DNA of 62,955 bases, counting the filler, from Syncephalis fuscata S228 (lineage: Eukaryota; Fungi; Zoopagomycota), in NCBI GenBank assembly GCA_025786725.1. It is 4 parts of 4 records of this genome, joined end to end, with 100 filler letters (N's around TTAATTAATTAA, not from the genome) between each part and the next. Parts side by side here need not be neighbours in the genome. Positions count along the whole stretch, not along the records: positions 36,822 to 51,997 come from JAHLTZ010000222.1; positions 52,098 to 62,955 come from JAHLTZ010000289.1; 2 more parts are not named here. One strand, given 5' to 3'. A program made the translations under genes and the position numbers. The first letter of the stretch is position 1. Every line of letters starts with the position of its first letter. The notes under the pieces are model-generated. The model ran no database searches and had not been told where the DNA came from. It worked only from the letters and a program-made list of their open reading frames with translations. Positions 39,103 through 53,177 of the stretch are shown piece after piece.

Positions 39103-40302
39103 ATGTCAACGGCCAATGCCCGAAGTGTACTTAAACGGGCCCGTCTAGCCCGAGAACAACAACGAAAAGAAGGTTCTAGTCGCGATGATGGTGATCACGA
39201 CACTACAGAACCCATTCAAGAATCGAGGCGTATTCAATCGCCATTAGCCCGCTATGATACACAAGGCCGTCTCAGCTGTGCTATTTGCAAAGTAGTTATA
39301 AAGTCATCGGTAGATTGGCCTGCTCATTTAACATCCAATAGTCATCAAGCAACAATAGAGCAATTACGCAAACTTAAACGCTCCTCTACCGAGAAAAACA
39401 CTTTTAACCAAGAAGAAGAAGAAACAAGCGAACCAAAGAAGCTAAAGACATCGAAGGATACATTTGCCGCACCACGACCTATTTCTAAGCGCAAGATTAC
39501 TTCTTCTTCTACCGTAGATCCTAGTACATCAATCTCTTCAGTATCAATTGAGTCTATTAAAACAGAAGATACATCAACTGTTAAACGAAAGCGTATTCAT
39601 AAATCAAATACAGATGAAATGGAATCAGATACAATTTATATGGAATTAAATGAACATGATCAGACTACAACGAACGTAGACGAATTGGATAGTAAACATC
39701 AATTACCGGCCAATTTCTTTGATACAACACCAGTCAATGATGAATCTGTTAATGTAAATACTACAAACAATACACAACATTTACCCAAAGGATTCTTTGA
39801 TAATGCTAGTCAAGAGGATAAAGTAAGACGTGAACTTGGTATAGATGCCACATCTACGGCTACACCACTATCACAAGATACAATGGATCTAGAATGGAAG
39901 CGATTTCAACAAGCACTTGGCGATACAACAACAACAACAACAACAACACAGAGTACAACACAAACAATGACACCATCAATAGAACCATCTATTAAAACCG
40001 AACCACAAGAAAAGGAAGAACAAGAACAAGAAGAACAAGATAATAATGACTTGAATCCACTGGCATTACTTCAACGCAGATGGGAAGATGAAGAAGAACA
40101 AATGCAAGACTGGAGAGATCGATTGGATGTGTTACAATTGCGTGCAGCAGAGACACGTTCACGATTAGTAACCACTACTACTATAACAAGTAGTACACTT
40201 CAACAGAATACAGATATGAATGAAGATGAAGATGATAGTGAAGATGAAGATATTGATTTAGATAATTTATTATTGGATTGGAGAACACAGCAACTAAAAT
40301 GA
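39103..40302 (+). CDS. ZNF830/CCDC16-like zinc finger protein
   Basis: SPLARYDTQGRLSCAICKVVIK...WPAHLTSNSH, LPKGFFD, EWKRFQ, DWR terminus. Confidence 0.85.
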   Translation: MSTANARSVLKRARLAREQQRKEGSSRDDGDHDTTEPIQESRRIQSPLARYDTQGRLSCAICKVVIKSSVDWPAHLTSNSHQATIEQLRKLKRSSTEKNTFNQEEEETSEPKKLKTSKDTFAAPRPISKRKITSSSTVDPSTSISSVSIESIKTEDTSTVKRKRIHKSNTDEMESDTIYMELNEHDQTTTNVDELDSKHQLPANFFDTTPVNDESVNVNTTNNTQHLPKGFFDNASQEDKVRRELGIDATSTATPLSQDTMDLEWKRFQQALGDTTTTTTTTQSTTQTMTPSIEPSIKTEPQEKEEQEQEEQDNNDLNPLALLQRRWEDEEEQMQDWRDRLDVLQLRAAETRSRLVTTTTITSSTLQQNTDMNEDEDDSEDEDIDLDNLLLDWRTQQLK

Positions 40303-40378
40303 AATGAAAAGTTGTAATTGCAAAATCGTAACAATAATAATAATAATAATAAAATAAAAATATATCCATTTAGATCAT

Positions 40379-43300
40379 TTATGAATGATGATAATAAGAT
40401 CGATGTGATCCATGACTATCATTATTATTGTTACTATTATTGTTATTACTGTTATGGTGGTTATTATTATTATGTCGATAGTGTCGATATCCACTATGTT
40501 GTTGATGATGACCTCTTCCTCGATGAGATGTATCATATCGATGTTGGGTTGATGTATATGAATACTGATTGGATGGTGTATCTTCATTATAATTAGACCG
40601 ATAATCACTATTCATAGTATTCTTGTAGTTATGAGAAGAGAAACGACGAACCGATCTAGATTGATGTTGTTCTTGTTCATTACTATGATGGCTGTTGTTG
40701 TTGTTGTTGTTGTTGTTACTATGATCATAGTAATTATAGTTACTATTGGATGGATGTCTTGGTGGTGGTGGTGGTTGATATGTGTGGTGGTAATTAGATC
40801 TTGTATCGGCCGTAGATGACATATCCGTATCATGATAATTACTATTCATATTACTATTCAAGTTACTATTCGTACTATTTAGGTTATTATTATTATTTAG
40901 GTTATTATTATTATTATTATTATTATTATAAGTGTAGTCAGATTCATAAGGATGATATTTATCTGGTTCAGTAAAATCCCATGTCCGTGTCTTGGGTACC
41001 GGTAATGGATTGACACTTGCTATATTAGAGGCGATACTATTCGTCGTTGATTGTGCTTGAATAGCCTTTTGTAATGCTTGTAATAAAGCAGGTGATAATC
41101 CAGTATGACCAGATGGTATATTGGTTGTTGTTGTTGTTGTTGTAGTAGTAGTATTGGTAGGTGGTGGTACGGCTAATGATGTCATATATTCATTTGTTGA
41201 CATACTAGGAGGATTAATAGTGGTGGTGGTGGTGGTGGTTAAAGGACGAATAGTCGATACAGGATGATTTAATTGAGCTAGTAATTGAGCTACTGATGTA
41301 TTAGGCGATAGTAATCCACCATTATTTGTACTATTCGTATTAGTATTAATACTAGGTAGAGGTGTAGTATTGTTACTAATCGTATTGATAGAAGTAATAG
41401 AAGTAGGTGTTGAAACTAATGGTGCTCTATAAATAGTAGGTTGTTTATGATCACGACTATCTGGTTGATGCTTCACTCTATTGATATCACTCTGCATCTT
41501 ATTATTACTACTACTACTACTAATACTACAACTAGTAACAGTAGAGAGTGATTTGGGTTGATGCCATACAATAATACCGAGTAAATAATGATGTGCTGTA
41601 TGGATATCCACTTTATAATCGAGTAAGTCAATAAAAGGTGGCAATTTAGACTGATTAGTAGCAATAGGCACAATATACATATCCTTAACCGAGGATAGTG
41701 TATAGCCTATCACGCCATATCGCTGTCTTGTACTAAAATAGGACCATAATAGATCGTAGGCCTCTTGATACACATGAGAAAGGGGATCAAATCGCACGAG
41801 CAGTAACTGTTTACTACTAGATGATTTGATAATCTGGGTCAAATAGTCATCGGTACGGTTAACGTGGATACGGCCATCAATGGACAGGGCTGCCGGTAAT
41901 AAATCCGCCCACGATGATCGACTCAATTGAGTGGCCCCGGCCACTTGACATGCCGTACATTGTAGATCGGTGACATCAGGCATAAATAATCTACCTTGCC
42001 ATATCACATCGACTGGATCACTACTAGCATCAATCAGTACTGGTTCTAGATCATAATCTGCAAATGGATCATTATCGTCATCGTCATCATTATCATTAAT
42101 ATCGATATCAATGTCATCTGCTCTTATTACATGATTTATATTAGTAACAGACAATGATGCATTATGGTTTAATAAAGTATAATCTCTATTCTGTTCCTTC
42201 ATCGCTTCATCATGAATAGTTGACAATAATGGTGGTGGTGGCGATGCTGATGCCGATATTGAGGAGGCAATTGTCATGAAATCGTCGGGTAATTCCAATT
42301 GATTAACATTAAAATCAGCTAGAGGAGAAACAGGACGTGAACCACTTTTAATATGACTAGTGGTAACTGCTTTAATGGCTTTATCGTCATCGTCATCATC
42401 ATCTTCTTTAAATGGCTTTAATGTACTGGTTGATTCAAATCGATCAAATACTTTATCAAATTTAGATAGTGCATCTTCATGCTCATCTTTACTACTATGA
42501 CTATGACTCGTAGTAGTAGTAGTAGTAGTATAACTATCGGTAAATGTGGCTGTCACTGGCGTAGTGGCTAATGATGTAGTGGCACTATCTCTATCTCTAT
42601 GTCGATTAGAGGATTGACTATGTGTAGGAGTTGGTTGTGATGATGATGATGATGGTGGTGGTGGATGATTATCTTCATTACGAGGACGTGTATCACCCAG
42701 CATCGTTTCACCTTTATGGGTTTTTTTAACATAAGCGGATAGATCAATATCTTCAATAATAGAATCTCTAATGCCTTGTTCGCGTACATCTTGGGCTAGA
42801 TTACGTAGTTCTTCATTGGCCATATCTTCATTACTCATACGCACTAATACAGAAGAGGTCACTTGTCCGGAGAGTACACGAAAGCGTAACGAGTTATTCT
42901 TCTTGTCATTTAAACTGAATATAAGACTGCGGTATTTGTTCTTATAATCTTGTCCACATCGACCATGTCCCACTCTATCTGATCTATCGGCCAAGTAATG
43001 GAATAGTGCTTCTTCAATATCCTCCGCATGGGCTTGTAAGTCTTCATCGGTGACTTTAGAGACATCTGTCTTGCCTTTCTCTCCTGCTTCTTGTAGAATA
43101 TTCTTAAGGGCACCGGTTAGTTTATTGACCACCATACGGCGTAGTGGATCGGGACTATGATGGACACTGGCGCTGGTACTGGCACTGGCACTAGTACTTG
43201 ATGTTGTACGGTGATGGCCAATGGTAGTGGGACTTGTATCGATACGCGTTAATTTAGGTCGTGTTGATTTAGATTTAGAACGGATGGGTATATTCTCTTC

Positions 43301-44668
43301 TTCTTCTACATCCATATCATCTATACCTTCTGTATCATCCTCTTTATTTTCTTCATTCTTATAATCGTCATCGTCATTACTGGTATCTCGTCTCGTTTTG
43401 AATAATCCACTTTTGTTATGAAGTGTGGCATGACTATTACGTCGTGTGGCTTGTTTCTTAGTTATGCTCTGTTCTTCGATATCTTGTTGAGATAGACGAC
43501 GTCGACGTTGAGATGGTGGGCCTGTAGCACGGTTACGAGGTGGTGGGAATGACAGACCATTGGCCTTTAATTGAACTACTTCAGGACTGTGTTCACATTC
43601 AGCACTGCAAAATGCTGTCCAATCCTCGGCATCATGTGAACAAGAAGGACGAGCACATTTGATAGTACTTGATGTCTATATTAATATTAATATTAATGTT
43701 GGGTTATTATATATTATATATATATTATATTATATAAAAGGTACTTACTGGTGAATGACTTGCCTTGTCGTCATTATTACTTATTATAGCTGTTGATTCA
43801 GGACTATCTTGTTGATCTGAGTTAACAAAGGTTGCTATAATTAATATAAATAGTATAGATTAGTATAAATAGTATAGATTAGTATAAATAGTATAGATTA
43901 GTATAAATAGTATAGATTAGTATAAATAGTATAAATTAGTATTTGTTATATATATATATATCAATAGCTTACGTTTCATAGCATTCTTGCCCGCCTTGCC
44001 TCCAATACCTGGTAGTGTCGATATACATACAGGACAGTAATAGGTAGTGATTTTAGCCACTTTACCCTTGGTTAATCCAACACATTTAGCATGGTACCTA
44101 TATTATACATATTAGTTATTAATTATTTGATGATTTGGTTATTTAATATAAATACTTGCCATTCAGAACAGCCATCACAACTAATCATAACAGTGCCATC
44201 ATCTGGTTTACGACATAGACAATATAGTTTATCATCTTCTATATCTTCTTCATGTTCATGTTCTTCTTCTTCTTCTTCTATATCCTCTACTTGTTCAGTA
44301 GTTGCATCAATGACTTTACTGTTATCATTAATACTATTTATGACATCATTTTCTGTTTGTTGGTGGTGGATTGATGTATCGAGTGATTTAACCGCTTCAA
44401 CATATTGAGCAGTTAATTTACGGGCCCTTTTACTTCTTCTAATAGGGCCTGTTTCTTGTTCCACTGCTATAGTGTTGTTTTCATGGTGGTTGCTTAAATC
44501 GCTACTCTTTATCATTGTTACTTCAGAATCAATACCATTGGTAGAGCCATTTAATGGCATGTCTTTAGAAAGAATACACGATTCCTCTCCTGCAACAGCA
44601 ATACTATCCATATCATAAGTTAGGGGAGGTGCTTGTTGCGGTTCTGATTGATCGGTCATATCCGCCAT
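40379..44668 (-). CDS. BYE1/PHF3/DIDO-like transcription factor (PHD, TFIIS-M, SPOC)
   Basis: LYCLCRKPDDGTVMISCDGCSEW (PHD), YKNKYRSLIFSLNDKKN (TFIIS-M), WQGRLFM...IDGRI...RQRYGV...VKDMYIVP (SPOC). Confidence 0.9.
43851..43942. repeat. 19-bp intronic minisatellite (TAGTATAGATTAGTATAAA)x~5
   Basis: Read directly inside an intron of the PHD/SPOC gene. Confidence 0.85.
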
Positions 44669-45055
44669 GACACTCGTTGATAATGGCTGTCACAGCGATT
44701 GTAGTAGTAGTAGTAGCAGTAGTAGTTAACTATACTAATAGATCGCAATTCAATAGAAATACTATCGCTAATACTATCGTCAACGACAGATCAAGAATAA
44801 AAGTCACTACAAATGGGTTGAGTTGGGTGGTTTAATGCAAAGTAGCACGGTAAATGTAAGAAGTGTAATAGTTGTGGTCCTTAAAAATATTGTTAAAATA
44901 GACCAATGGTTCTGATTTAATAGATAAATAGAAAGAGTGAAGAAATCATTGTGAATTTCCATTGTGTATTACAATTACAATTACAATTTATTATTATATT
45001 GTATATTATATTGTATATTATATTGTATATTATTATTATAATGACAGTGTTGACT

Positions 45056-46030
45056 TTATTGTTTGCCAAGACAGACAAAATAGATTTCTGCAGAATCTTT
45101 TCGAGAGGCCATGGGTTTTTCTATTAATACTTTACGGAATAAGCCTTGTAAATGGCGTCTAAAGGTTGGATCACCTCCATCCATAAATACCTATATTATA
45201 ATATATTACATGTTATTTAGTATAATATTATGAATATGCAATACGTACTTTGCAAATAAACGTGCCTTCTTTTCTTAAATGTTGTTGGGCGAATTCTAAT
45301 GCTGCTTCACATAATTCCTATTATTATATATTATTATAACATTAATATATATATATAACTTACCATAGATCTTGCTTGATCAACTGTTCTAATACCTATT
45401 GATATATATATATATTAGTGGTCTATTAATGATATATACGTGTTATTATTATGTACCAGATAACGAGGGTGCCATATCTGATAGTACAACATCAACGGGT
45501 TTATCGTCTAATAGTTTGGCCATACGTTGTGTTATTTCATCGGTTCTAAAGTCACCTTCAATAAAATGAACACCAGTGATAGGAGCCATTGGTAGTAGAT
45601 CAACGGCTATAACAAGTCCTTCATCCTCTAGTTCTTCGTCGTCGTCGTCGAGTCTATTTGACTCGGTGTCTGGTGTTGCTATTCTATAGTGGATGCGTGG
45701 TTTTTCTGGTTTGACAGCATTACGTAAAATAAGTTCAGCGGCTACCTGGCTCCAACCACCTGGACTCGAGCCGCAATCGACACACCGGCACCCCGGCAAT
45801 AGAAAGCGATGCTTTTCATGCAGTGCCAGTAGTTTATAGGCACTCCTTGTGCGGTAGCCGTCGGCGCGGGCTTGTCGGGCATAAATATCGTCGCGTTGTC
45901 GCTGCAGCCACCGATTAGACGAGCCAGACCTACTATGGGCCATAGCTATGCCATACGTAGACAAATAGCGTCGCATAGCCCAACCACTACTACTACTACT
46001 ACTACTCGGCATTAACTTGGCCATAGCCAT
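45056..46030 (-). CDS. MRM2: FtsJ/RlmE-family rRNA methyltransferase MRM2, multi-exon
   Basis: RWLQRQRDD, YRTRSAYKL, VDCGSSPGGWSQVA, VDVVLSDMAP, KPMASRKDSAEIYFV. Confidence 0.9.
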
Positions 46031-46130
46031 GTAATTGAGTTTATGTTGGTGGTGGTAATATACGCTGTGCAACATAATAAAATAGAAAATAACGCTCAAA
46101 TATAATTTATTGTTGAAAAATAGCTGTTGC

Positions 46131-46788
46131 TCATTCCACTACTCCACCTTCGGCTACGACTAAAGCCAGATCCTTTACTGTATCGCGTACTTGATTTGCC
46201 AGCTCTAATAATAGACCTGTATAATAATGAAATAGTTGGTTTATTGGCTTATTATTACTGTTAGAGTATTATGACCTACCTGTATTGGCTTGTGCGTCAG
46301 CAATAAGTGAAATAACTAGAGGTGGTCGCGATGCTTGCACTAATTGATGTAGGCCTGTCATACAAGCGACCGTGCGATGACGGCCAAGTCCTAATTTACT
46401 AGCCTATAACTAAAATAAATAACACAATTATTAAATAGCATTCTATTACCTGTTCGCTAGCTACGGTAAAAGTTGACGACATTGGAGGTTCGTGTAAGTT
46501 TTCTCGTGTCTGGTCGGTCATAGCTAGTCGTTTTAAATGAGTATTGCTAACTTATAAAACCTTACACGCACCTTGTCCTAGAATAACGCCTTCGCGATCA
46601 GTTACTAAGCAGACAAGCAAGTCCCGCGGATGACTATGTGGGATTTAGCTTATTGGGCCATAGTATTACTGTTCAATATATACTTACCAGGCGAGTAGTT
46701 GATGTAAATAGGATTCTAGCTCATCCCGCTGTTGTTGTTGTGCCTGAGATTCCTCAACCATTGATGAATCGCTAACATTGGTAGCCAT
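46131..46788 (-). CDS. LAMTOR3: Ragulator subunit LAMTOR3/MP1-like, multi-exon
   Basis: Spliced VTDREGV...STFTVASEQ^ASKLGLGRHRTV...HQLVQASRPPLVISLIADAQANTG^LLLEL matches the LAMTOR3 pattern. Confidence 0.85.
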
Positions 46789-47157
46789 GTTAAACAACGA
46801 GTAGATTAAAAAGAAAAGTAAAGGAGGTAAAGTTTTATATTAATTCTATGGATACTAAAGTTGTTTATCATTTGAATTTAAAGAACTTTTGTTATTGTTA
46901 TGGTGTATTATTTGAAACAATCACTCATTTGCCAAGTAAAACAATACATCTTTATAAATAACAAACAAACTATATTCATTATGTTTAATACATTTTACTG
47001 ATTTTAACTATTTTATTATATGTGCTATAACTTCAGCACCAATATTCATATTCTTCGCATTATATATTTGTGCTAATATATACCGTTTTACGTTTACTTG
47101 GCGTTGCTCTACTGAGAGACACTGCCAGCTCGACTCTAGCTTTATTATTGCTAATTT

Positions 47158-49144
47158 TTACTTATTTGGCTTATTGAAATATATACACTATACAATAAAT
47201 AGTATAAGTATGTGTAGAGTTATTGATTTATTAGAAACATGTATAAAGTTGGTCATTGATAAGTAGCAATTGTTGGATCGACCAACGTTTATAAGATAGT
47301 GTTGTAATACTATCTGGTGAAGCAATTGATAAATCGGGCTTGCCATCGACCTTATTAAATAGCCGTGCCTTAATCTCTGACCATAAAAGTCGGTAGGCAA
47401 AGAGTGGACTAACAATAATTGTTTCCGATGAAGTTTTGCCATAATCTGGCATACGGATACCAAGCACATAAAGTAGAACAGCCGATACAATGGTTAGGCC
47501 AACGATGTTATATGAAAGTCGAGCAATCATTTTATCGGCATCGATTGACCATTCAAGATTGAGTGATAGGAAAACATCAATAATATTAAGAAGAAATGCA
47601 ACAAACGAAGCCGTTGATATGATGGCCAACTGATCGAATACAAGTTAATTATTAGTAAAAATCAGTAATCAAATAGTTTGGTGTTTATAAACGGTAAAAT
47701 ACTTACGCGAGCTAGAGCATTACGAAGCGATTCGCTAATACAGTTCTTCATGCTAAGATAGAAAACTACAGCTACACATTTGATTAGAAGTTGTATATGC
47801 AATTGTATACACCAATAAATGACTTACTAAAATAGGCAAATATAAGTGCTGTCAATAGTTGTTGCGATATTAAGAAGTAGCCAAGTATATTGTAAACAAT
47901 TATATTAACAATATGGTCTGTATCATAACAATCGACGGCGACTATTATAAGAACTGCAGTATGTATGATTATCCGCATAGCAAAGCCGATGTGAATGACT
48001 ATACGGAACAGCCTAATTCTACGTTCAATTTGCTTTCCGAGTTTGAGGGAGCACCTGATTAATAAAAAGTGTTAATTTACTACATATTGCATATCCATTT
48101 TATACATACCAGATAACAAGCAAAAAGTAAAAAGCTATAGAGCATAGTATCGTAGAAATCTGTATTATAATATGATAACTTAGATCTCCAAAGTTACTAG
48201 GAATAACAACTAAGTCAACTGTGAATAGCGATAAAGCTACATTAACCTGGCTGTAAAAATGCTACGTATTATTGCTACTTACGCACGACAGCTAAGAAGC
48301 CAGCCACAAATGCCAGCGTCCGTAGGTCGGCCTCGAGACTTCCAAACAACCATATATATATAAAACTGCCGAGAGCATGCAGAATAAAAACGACATTGAT
48401 TGCAAAGAATGTCCACATAAATGTTTGGAACCACGGTGAAAGTATATATCGTTTCCATGCATTGGGTTCTAATCGGCATGCTATTAGTTGATATATTAAA
48501 TCGGTGCTTTTAATCTACCTTGTGTCATGGTGGCTATAGCTGGAAACTCTAGCATTTTCATTGCATTGCTAATATCTTTCAGATCTTTATTACGAGCCAA
48601 TGCTATAGGAATACTTGGTGTATACCTTTTAAAGAAGCTGCCGACAGATGCTGAGATTTTACGGAAGGCAGGTCTTAAAAATAAAAGACCACTGGCTGGG
48701 GGATAATTGCGGCTGACTATCCATTTCTTGTAATCATCTAGCGTCTTCTCAAGCTTTAGACGCAAAACAGATTATTAGTTCGATTACCATGGAGTACAGC
48801 AAAACTTCAGTTACCTGTCGCATGTTTCTACAGCCGTAGCTTTTTAGTTTCTCGAGCTCAAAAACCAAAATGATGGATGCAACATCCTTTGGCAGAGTGC
48901 TTACTTCTGATATAGTTTCGCCTGGTAAAGGCAGTTTTTTAAGTTCGCAATCGACATTATTATAGAATTCTGGGATGACCAGCATTCCAGTAATGTTAAA
49001 ATAATCAAACTCTATCCTAAATGGATCGGCCGTTTTAAACTTGAATACTGTCTTATTTGTACGCATAATTATTCCACCAACCGCCAGGTGCATTATTTGG
49101 CTGATGAAAAACAACAATGACAATAAATATGCCACGAGTGACAT
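47158..49144 (-). CDS. Signal peptide + extracellular (PA-like) domain + multi-TM membrane protein, multi-exon (3' end approximate)
   Basis: MSLVAYLLSLLFFISQ signal; exons with several TM helices; colinear paralog immediately adjacent. Confidence 0.65.
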
Positions 49145-49984
49145 GGCTGCTGGTATAATAGGTTGTTCGTTGGTCGTAAATTGGCTACTAATAACTTAAA
49201 ATAGTTGCTAGTATAGTAAATCAGATAAACATTAAGCGTGGCACACAAAAAAGAATAGCAATCACAGACATGCAATTGTTTGTAAAGTCAATTGACTAAA
49301 AAGGATAACTATGAATAAATGGCAATTATTAGAAAGGTTCTGGCCACAATATGGTGCAGCATCTACAAGTAAAGCAGTATATTTAACGCATGGGTTTGAC
49401 CCTTCAAACAGTACATATTCATATTGTATCAACAGTATTAAAAAATACTGGTTTGGCTGCTAAAAGTGCACGCTTAAATGACTCGCCTATTTACCCTAAG
49501 ATTAATGACACTTATCTATACACGCGGTCTGTTTTAAAACTGCTTCCTAACAAGTACCTGCATCCTCCGACTGTCTTCGTGCCCTTATCTGTCTAAAACC
49601 TATACCTTCAATATTTGTTGTTAGCATAAATATTTGCAGCCAAAAAACTTCTTGGTTTGCAGTATGTTCTATTTTTTATTAATCTTAAATGCAATTAAAT
49701 TAATCTGTTTGTTAGTAAACATTACTTAAAATACAGTATTCCACTTGTTTATGATTCTATCAAGATTTAAGCCTAGGAGAGACTTGAGTGTTTTAGTTTA
49801 CACGTGATTAGTTCAAGCCGCCCCGGTTACATCACTATTGGCTGGAAAATGTTTTAAATTATTATGATTAATCTATTAATTACAAGGCATTATTGCGTCT
49901 TGGCAAATAATTTGTTATTCCATGTTTATTTGGCGCCGCTCTACTCAGAGACAGGTCGGTTTGACTCAGCCTTTTATTAATAAT

Positions 49985-51974
49985 CTTAATTTTATTTGGC
50001 TTATTAAAACATGCACACTAACACATTAAACAATATTAATATATATATATATATTAATTTACTAGAAACATGTATTAAGTTGGTTGTTGATAGATAGCAA
50101 TCCCTAGATTAATTACTATGTAGGAGATAGTGTTGTAATACTATTCGGTGACATAACTGATAAATCGGGCTTGTCATTAGCCTTATTAAACAGCCGCATT
50201 TTAATTTCTAACCATAAAAGCCGATAGGTAAGTAAAGGACTGACGATGATCGTTTTAGATGAAGTTTTGCCATTATAATTTGGCATACGGACACCAAGTG
50301 CGTAGAGTAGAATAGCAGATTGGATAGTTAGACCGACAATTCTATATGCACGCCGAGCGATCATTTTATCAGCATAGATCGACCAATCGAGATCAAGTTC
50401 TAAGAAAGTATCAATAGTACCAATGAGAAAGGCAACAAATGTGGCAGTTGAGATTATGGCCAGCTAATTAAAGTTAAATTAAATATTATTAAAAAGTAAA
50501 AATCAAATAGTTTGACGTCTATAAATGATAAAATACTTACGCGAGCTAGAGCATTACGAACGGATCCACTGTTACAGTTCTTCATAACTAAATAGAAAAC
50601 CACAGCTTTGTATTTGATTAAAATTTGTATATGTAATTGTATACACCAATAAATGACTTACTAGAATAGGCAAAGATAAACGCAGTTAATAACTCTAAAG
50701 AAATCAAGACGTAGCTAAATATATCATAGATAAATTTATAGCCGTAATAGCTTGTATCGTAATAATCAACAGCGATTATTGTAAGAGATGCAATACGCGC
50801 AATAATTCGCATAACAAAGCTGATATGAATAACTATGCGAAATACTTTAGCTCTATGTTCAATTTGTTTGTCGAATTTGAGTGAGCACCTAATTATTATT
50901 GTTATGATTAATCATCTATAATATTGCATATTCATTTATACATACCAAATAATGAGTAAAAAATAAAAAGATACAGTAAACAATATCAAATAAATCTCTA
51001 CTATAATATGATAGCTCAACTTTCCGAAATTACCAGGAATAGTTGCTAAACCAACTGTAAATGAAATAAAAGCATATTAGTTTGGTTGTAGAAATGATTT
51101 ATATTATTGTTGTTACTTACGCATGACAGAAATAAAACCAAATACAAATGCCAGTGTTCGTAAATCAATTTCTAAACTTCCAGATAACCAAACATATGTA
51201 ATACTGCCGAGAGCATGCAGAATAAAAACGATGTTAATTGCAAAAGACGTCCAAATAAATGCTTGAACCAACGGTGAAAGTATATATTGTCTCCATATAT
51301 TGGTTTCTAATTAGTATGCCATTAGTTGATATATTAAATCGGTGCTTTTAATCTACCTTGTGTCATGGTGGCTATAGCTGGAAACTCTAGCATTTTCATT
51401 GCATTGCTAATATCTTTCAGATCTTTATGACGAGTCATTGCTATGGGAATACTTGGTGCATACTCTTTAAATAAATTGCTGGAAATTATCGAGATTTTAC
51501 GAAAACCACCTCTTATTAACAAAAGGCCACTGACTGGAGGATACTGGTGACTGGCTATCCATTTTTTGTAATCATCTAGCGTCTCTTCGATCTATCGGAA
51601 ACAAAGGAAACAAAAAATATTAGCAAATATTATTATAAATTATGGCAAAATCTATATTTACCTGTTGCATTGTTTTGCAGCCATGGCTTTTTATTTTTGA
51701 AAGCTCAAAAACTAAAATAATGGATGTAACATTCTTGGCAGAGTGTTTACTCCAATATATTTTCTCCTGGCAAAGGCAGTTTCTCGATTTTACAATCAAC
51801 ATCATTATAGAATTCTGGAATGACCAGCATGCCAGTAATGTTAAAACAAACTGTATTCCAACTGGATCAGTCGTCTTGAACTTAAATATTATTATTTGAC
51901 TGCATAACAATTGCACCGATTGCCAGGTGGATTATCTGACAGATAAAAGATAACAATACAACAAAACGTGCCAT
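49985..51974 (-). pseudogene. Tandem paralog of the 47158-49144 membrane-protein gene with frameshifts in exon 1
   Basis: Colinear exons and introns; MARFVVLLLSF... hits a stop early, and at least two frame changes are needed to follow FKFKTTDP...NITGMLVIPEFYND. Confidence 0.7.
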
Positions 51975-51997
51975 GAGTAATATATTGCTGATATATA

Positions 51998-52097
51998 NNN
52001 NNNNNNNNNNNNNNNNNNNNNNNNNNNNNNNNNNNNNNNNNTTAATTAATTAANNNNNNNNNNNNNNNNNNNNNNNNNNNNNNNNNNNNNNNNNNNN
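51998..52097. other. Assembly gap/linker
   Basis: N-run with TTAATTAATTAA. Confidence 0.98.
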
Positions 52098-53177
52098 TAT
52101 CTTATGGTTTGACAGGTAGTATTGCGAATACTACAATTGTCAGTGCTATGATCATTATCGCTATTGCTGCTGTGTACATCTATCTACGTAACACGTCTTC
52201 TTATTTGACAGTTGTCTGCAACTACAACCATTAAAGAAAGAAGATAAAAAACAATCATGATATATGGAGGAATAAGGGAGGATAGCGGTTTGTGTACACA
52301 TGCATAGTGAAACCAAATATGTCTATGCTGTGGTAGCACTATTGCCTTCATTTGGTCTTGGCCTATTATTCATTACTAAACTTATACAAACTATAAGAGA
52401 TAGCGCTGCCCTTATTGTTTATTACTTATCGTCGGTAACGGTCAATGAACGATGATGGATCGTCTTTATCGTGTTGGTAGATTTGTAGGTTGGGTGGTGC
52501 AATAGATACAGGTCGGTCGAATCGGTTGGTAAAACCTGATTTGCTAGAATACTGTTGTTAGAACGCGCTAGTATTGTGGCTACACTGGTTGGTTATGGAG
52601 AGAAATAGAGAAAGGACAATCTGGGGCATACATATGAAATTGGAATGACTGTGTGACTGCGTGGATATGCACGCGTGTTCGCATGGTCCATCCAGCTACT
52701 TGTCTGCTGCACGGCATGGCCAAGGACAGCGTGTGCTGCTTGTTGCATGCTAGACAATACATACAGTCTGTCTGCCTGTCACTCTCTATTGCTCTTGCCA
52801 ACAAGCGCAGCGCCCCTTACTGCTACGGCCCAACTCCTTTTCTTTCAACTTAATCTCTGCAGTCATCATTATAGTATTCGTAATTCCTCCACTCGTTAAT
52901 TACCAGGCATATAGTCTGCTATTTTTATTAAGCTTTAATCCTACCTAATATCCATACTTTTTGTTTCGCCGACCATAACCTGCAGGCCATAGCTACCTGT
53001 CTTTGTACTGCTCCCTTTGGTGTACAACGTTGCTAGATTGGTCTACGTTTATATATTACGCTTTTGTAGTTCTTTGTTTAATTCGTGTTCTTTGACTTGT
53101 ATTCGTGCTATCGGTGATTGTAGTGTTAGTTCTGACGCGTATTTCATATTATAGTCTTTTTTCCACTTTATATCACC

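Noticed and set aside
16864-52097. Three identical TTAATTAATTAA palindromes within N-runs
   Set aside because: Artificial contig linkers with stops in all frames; not biological.
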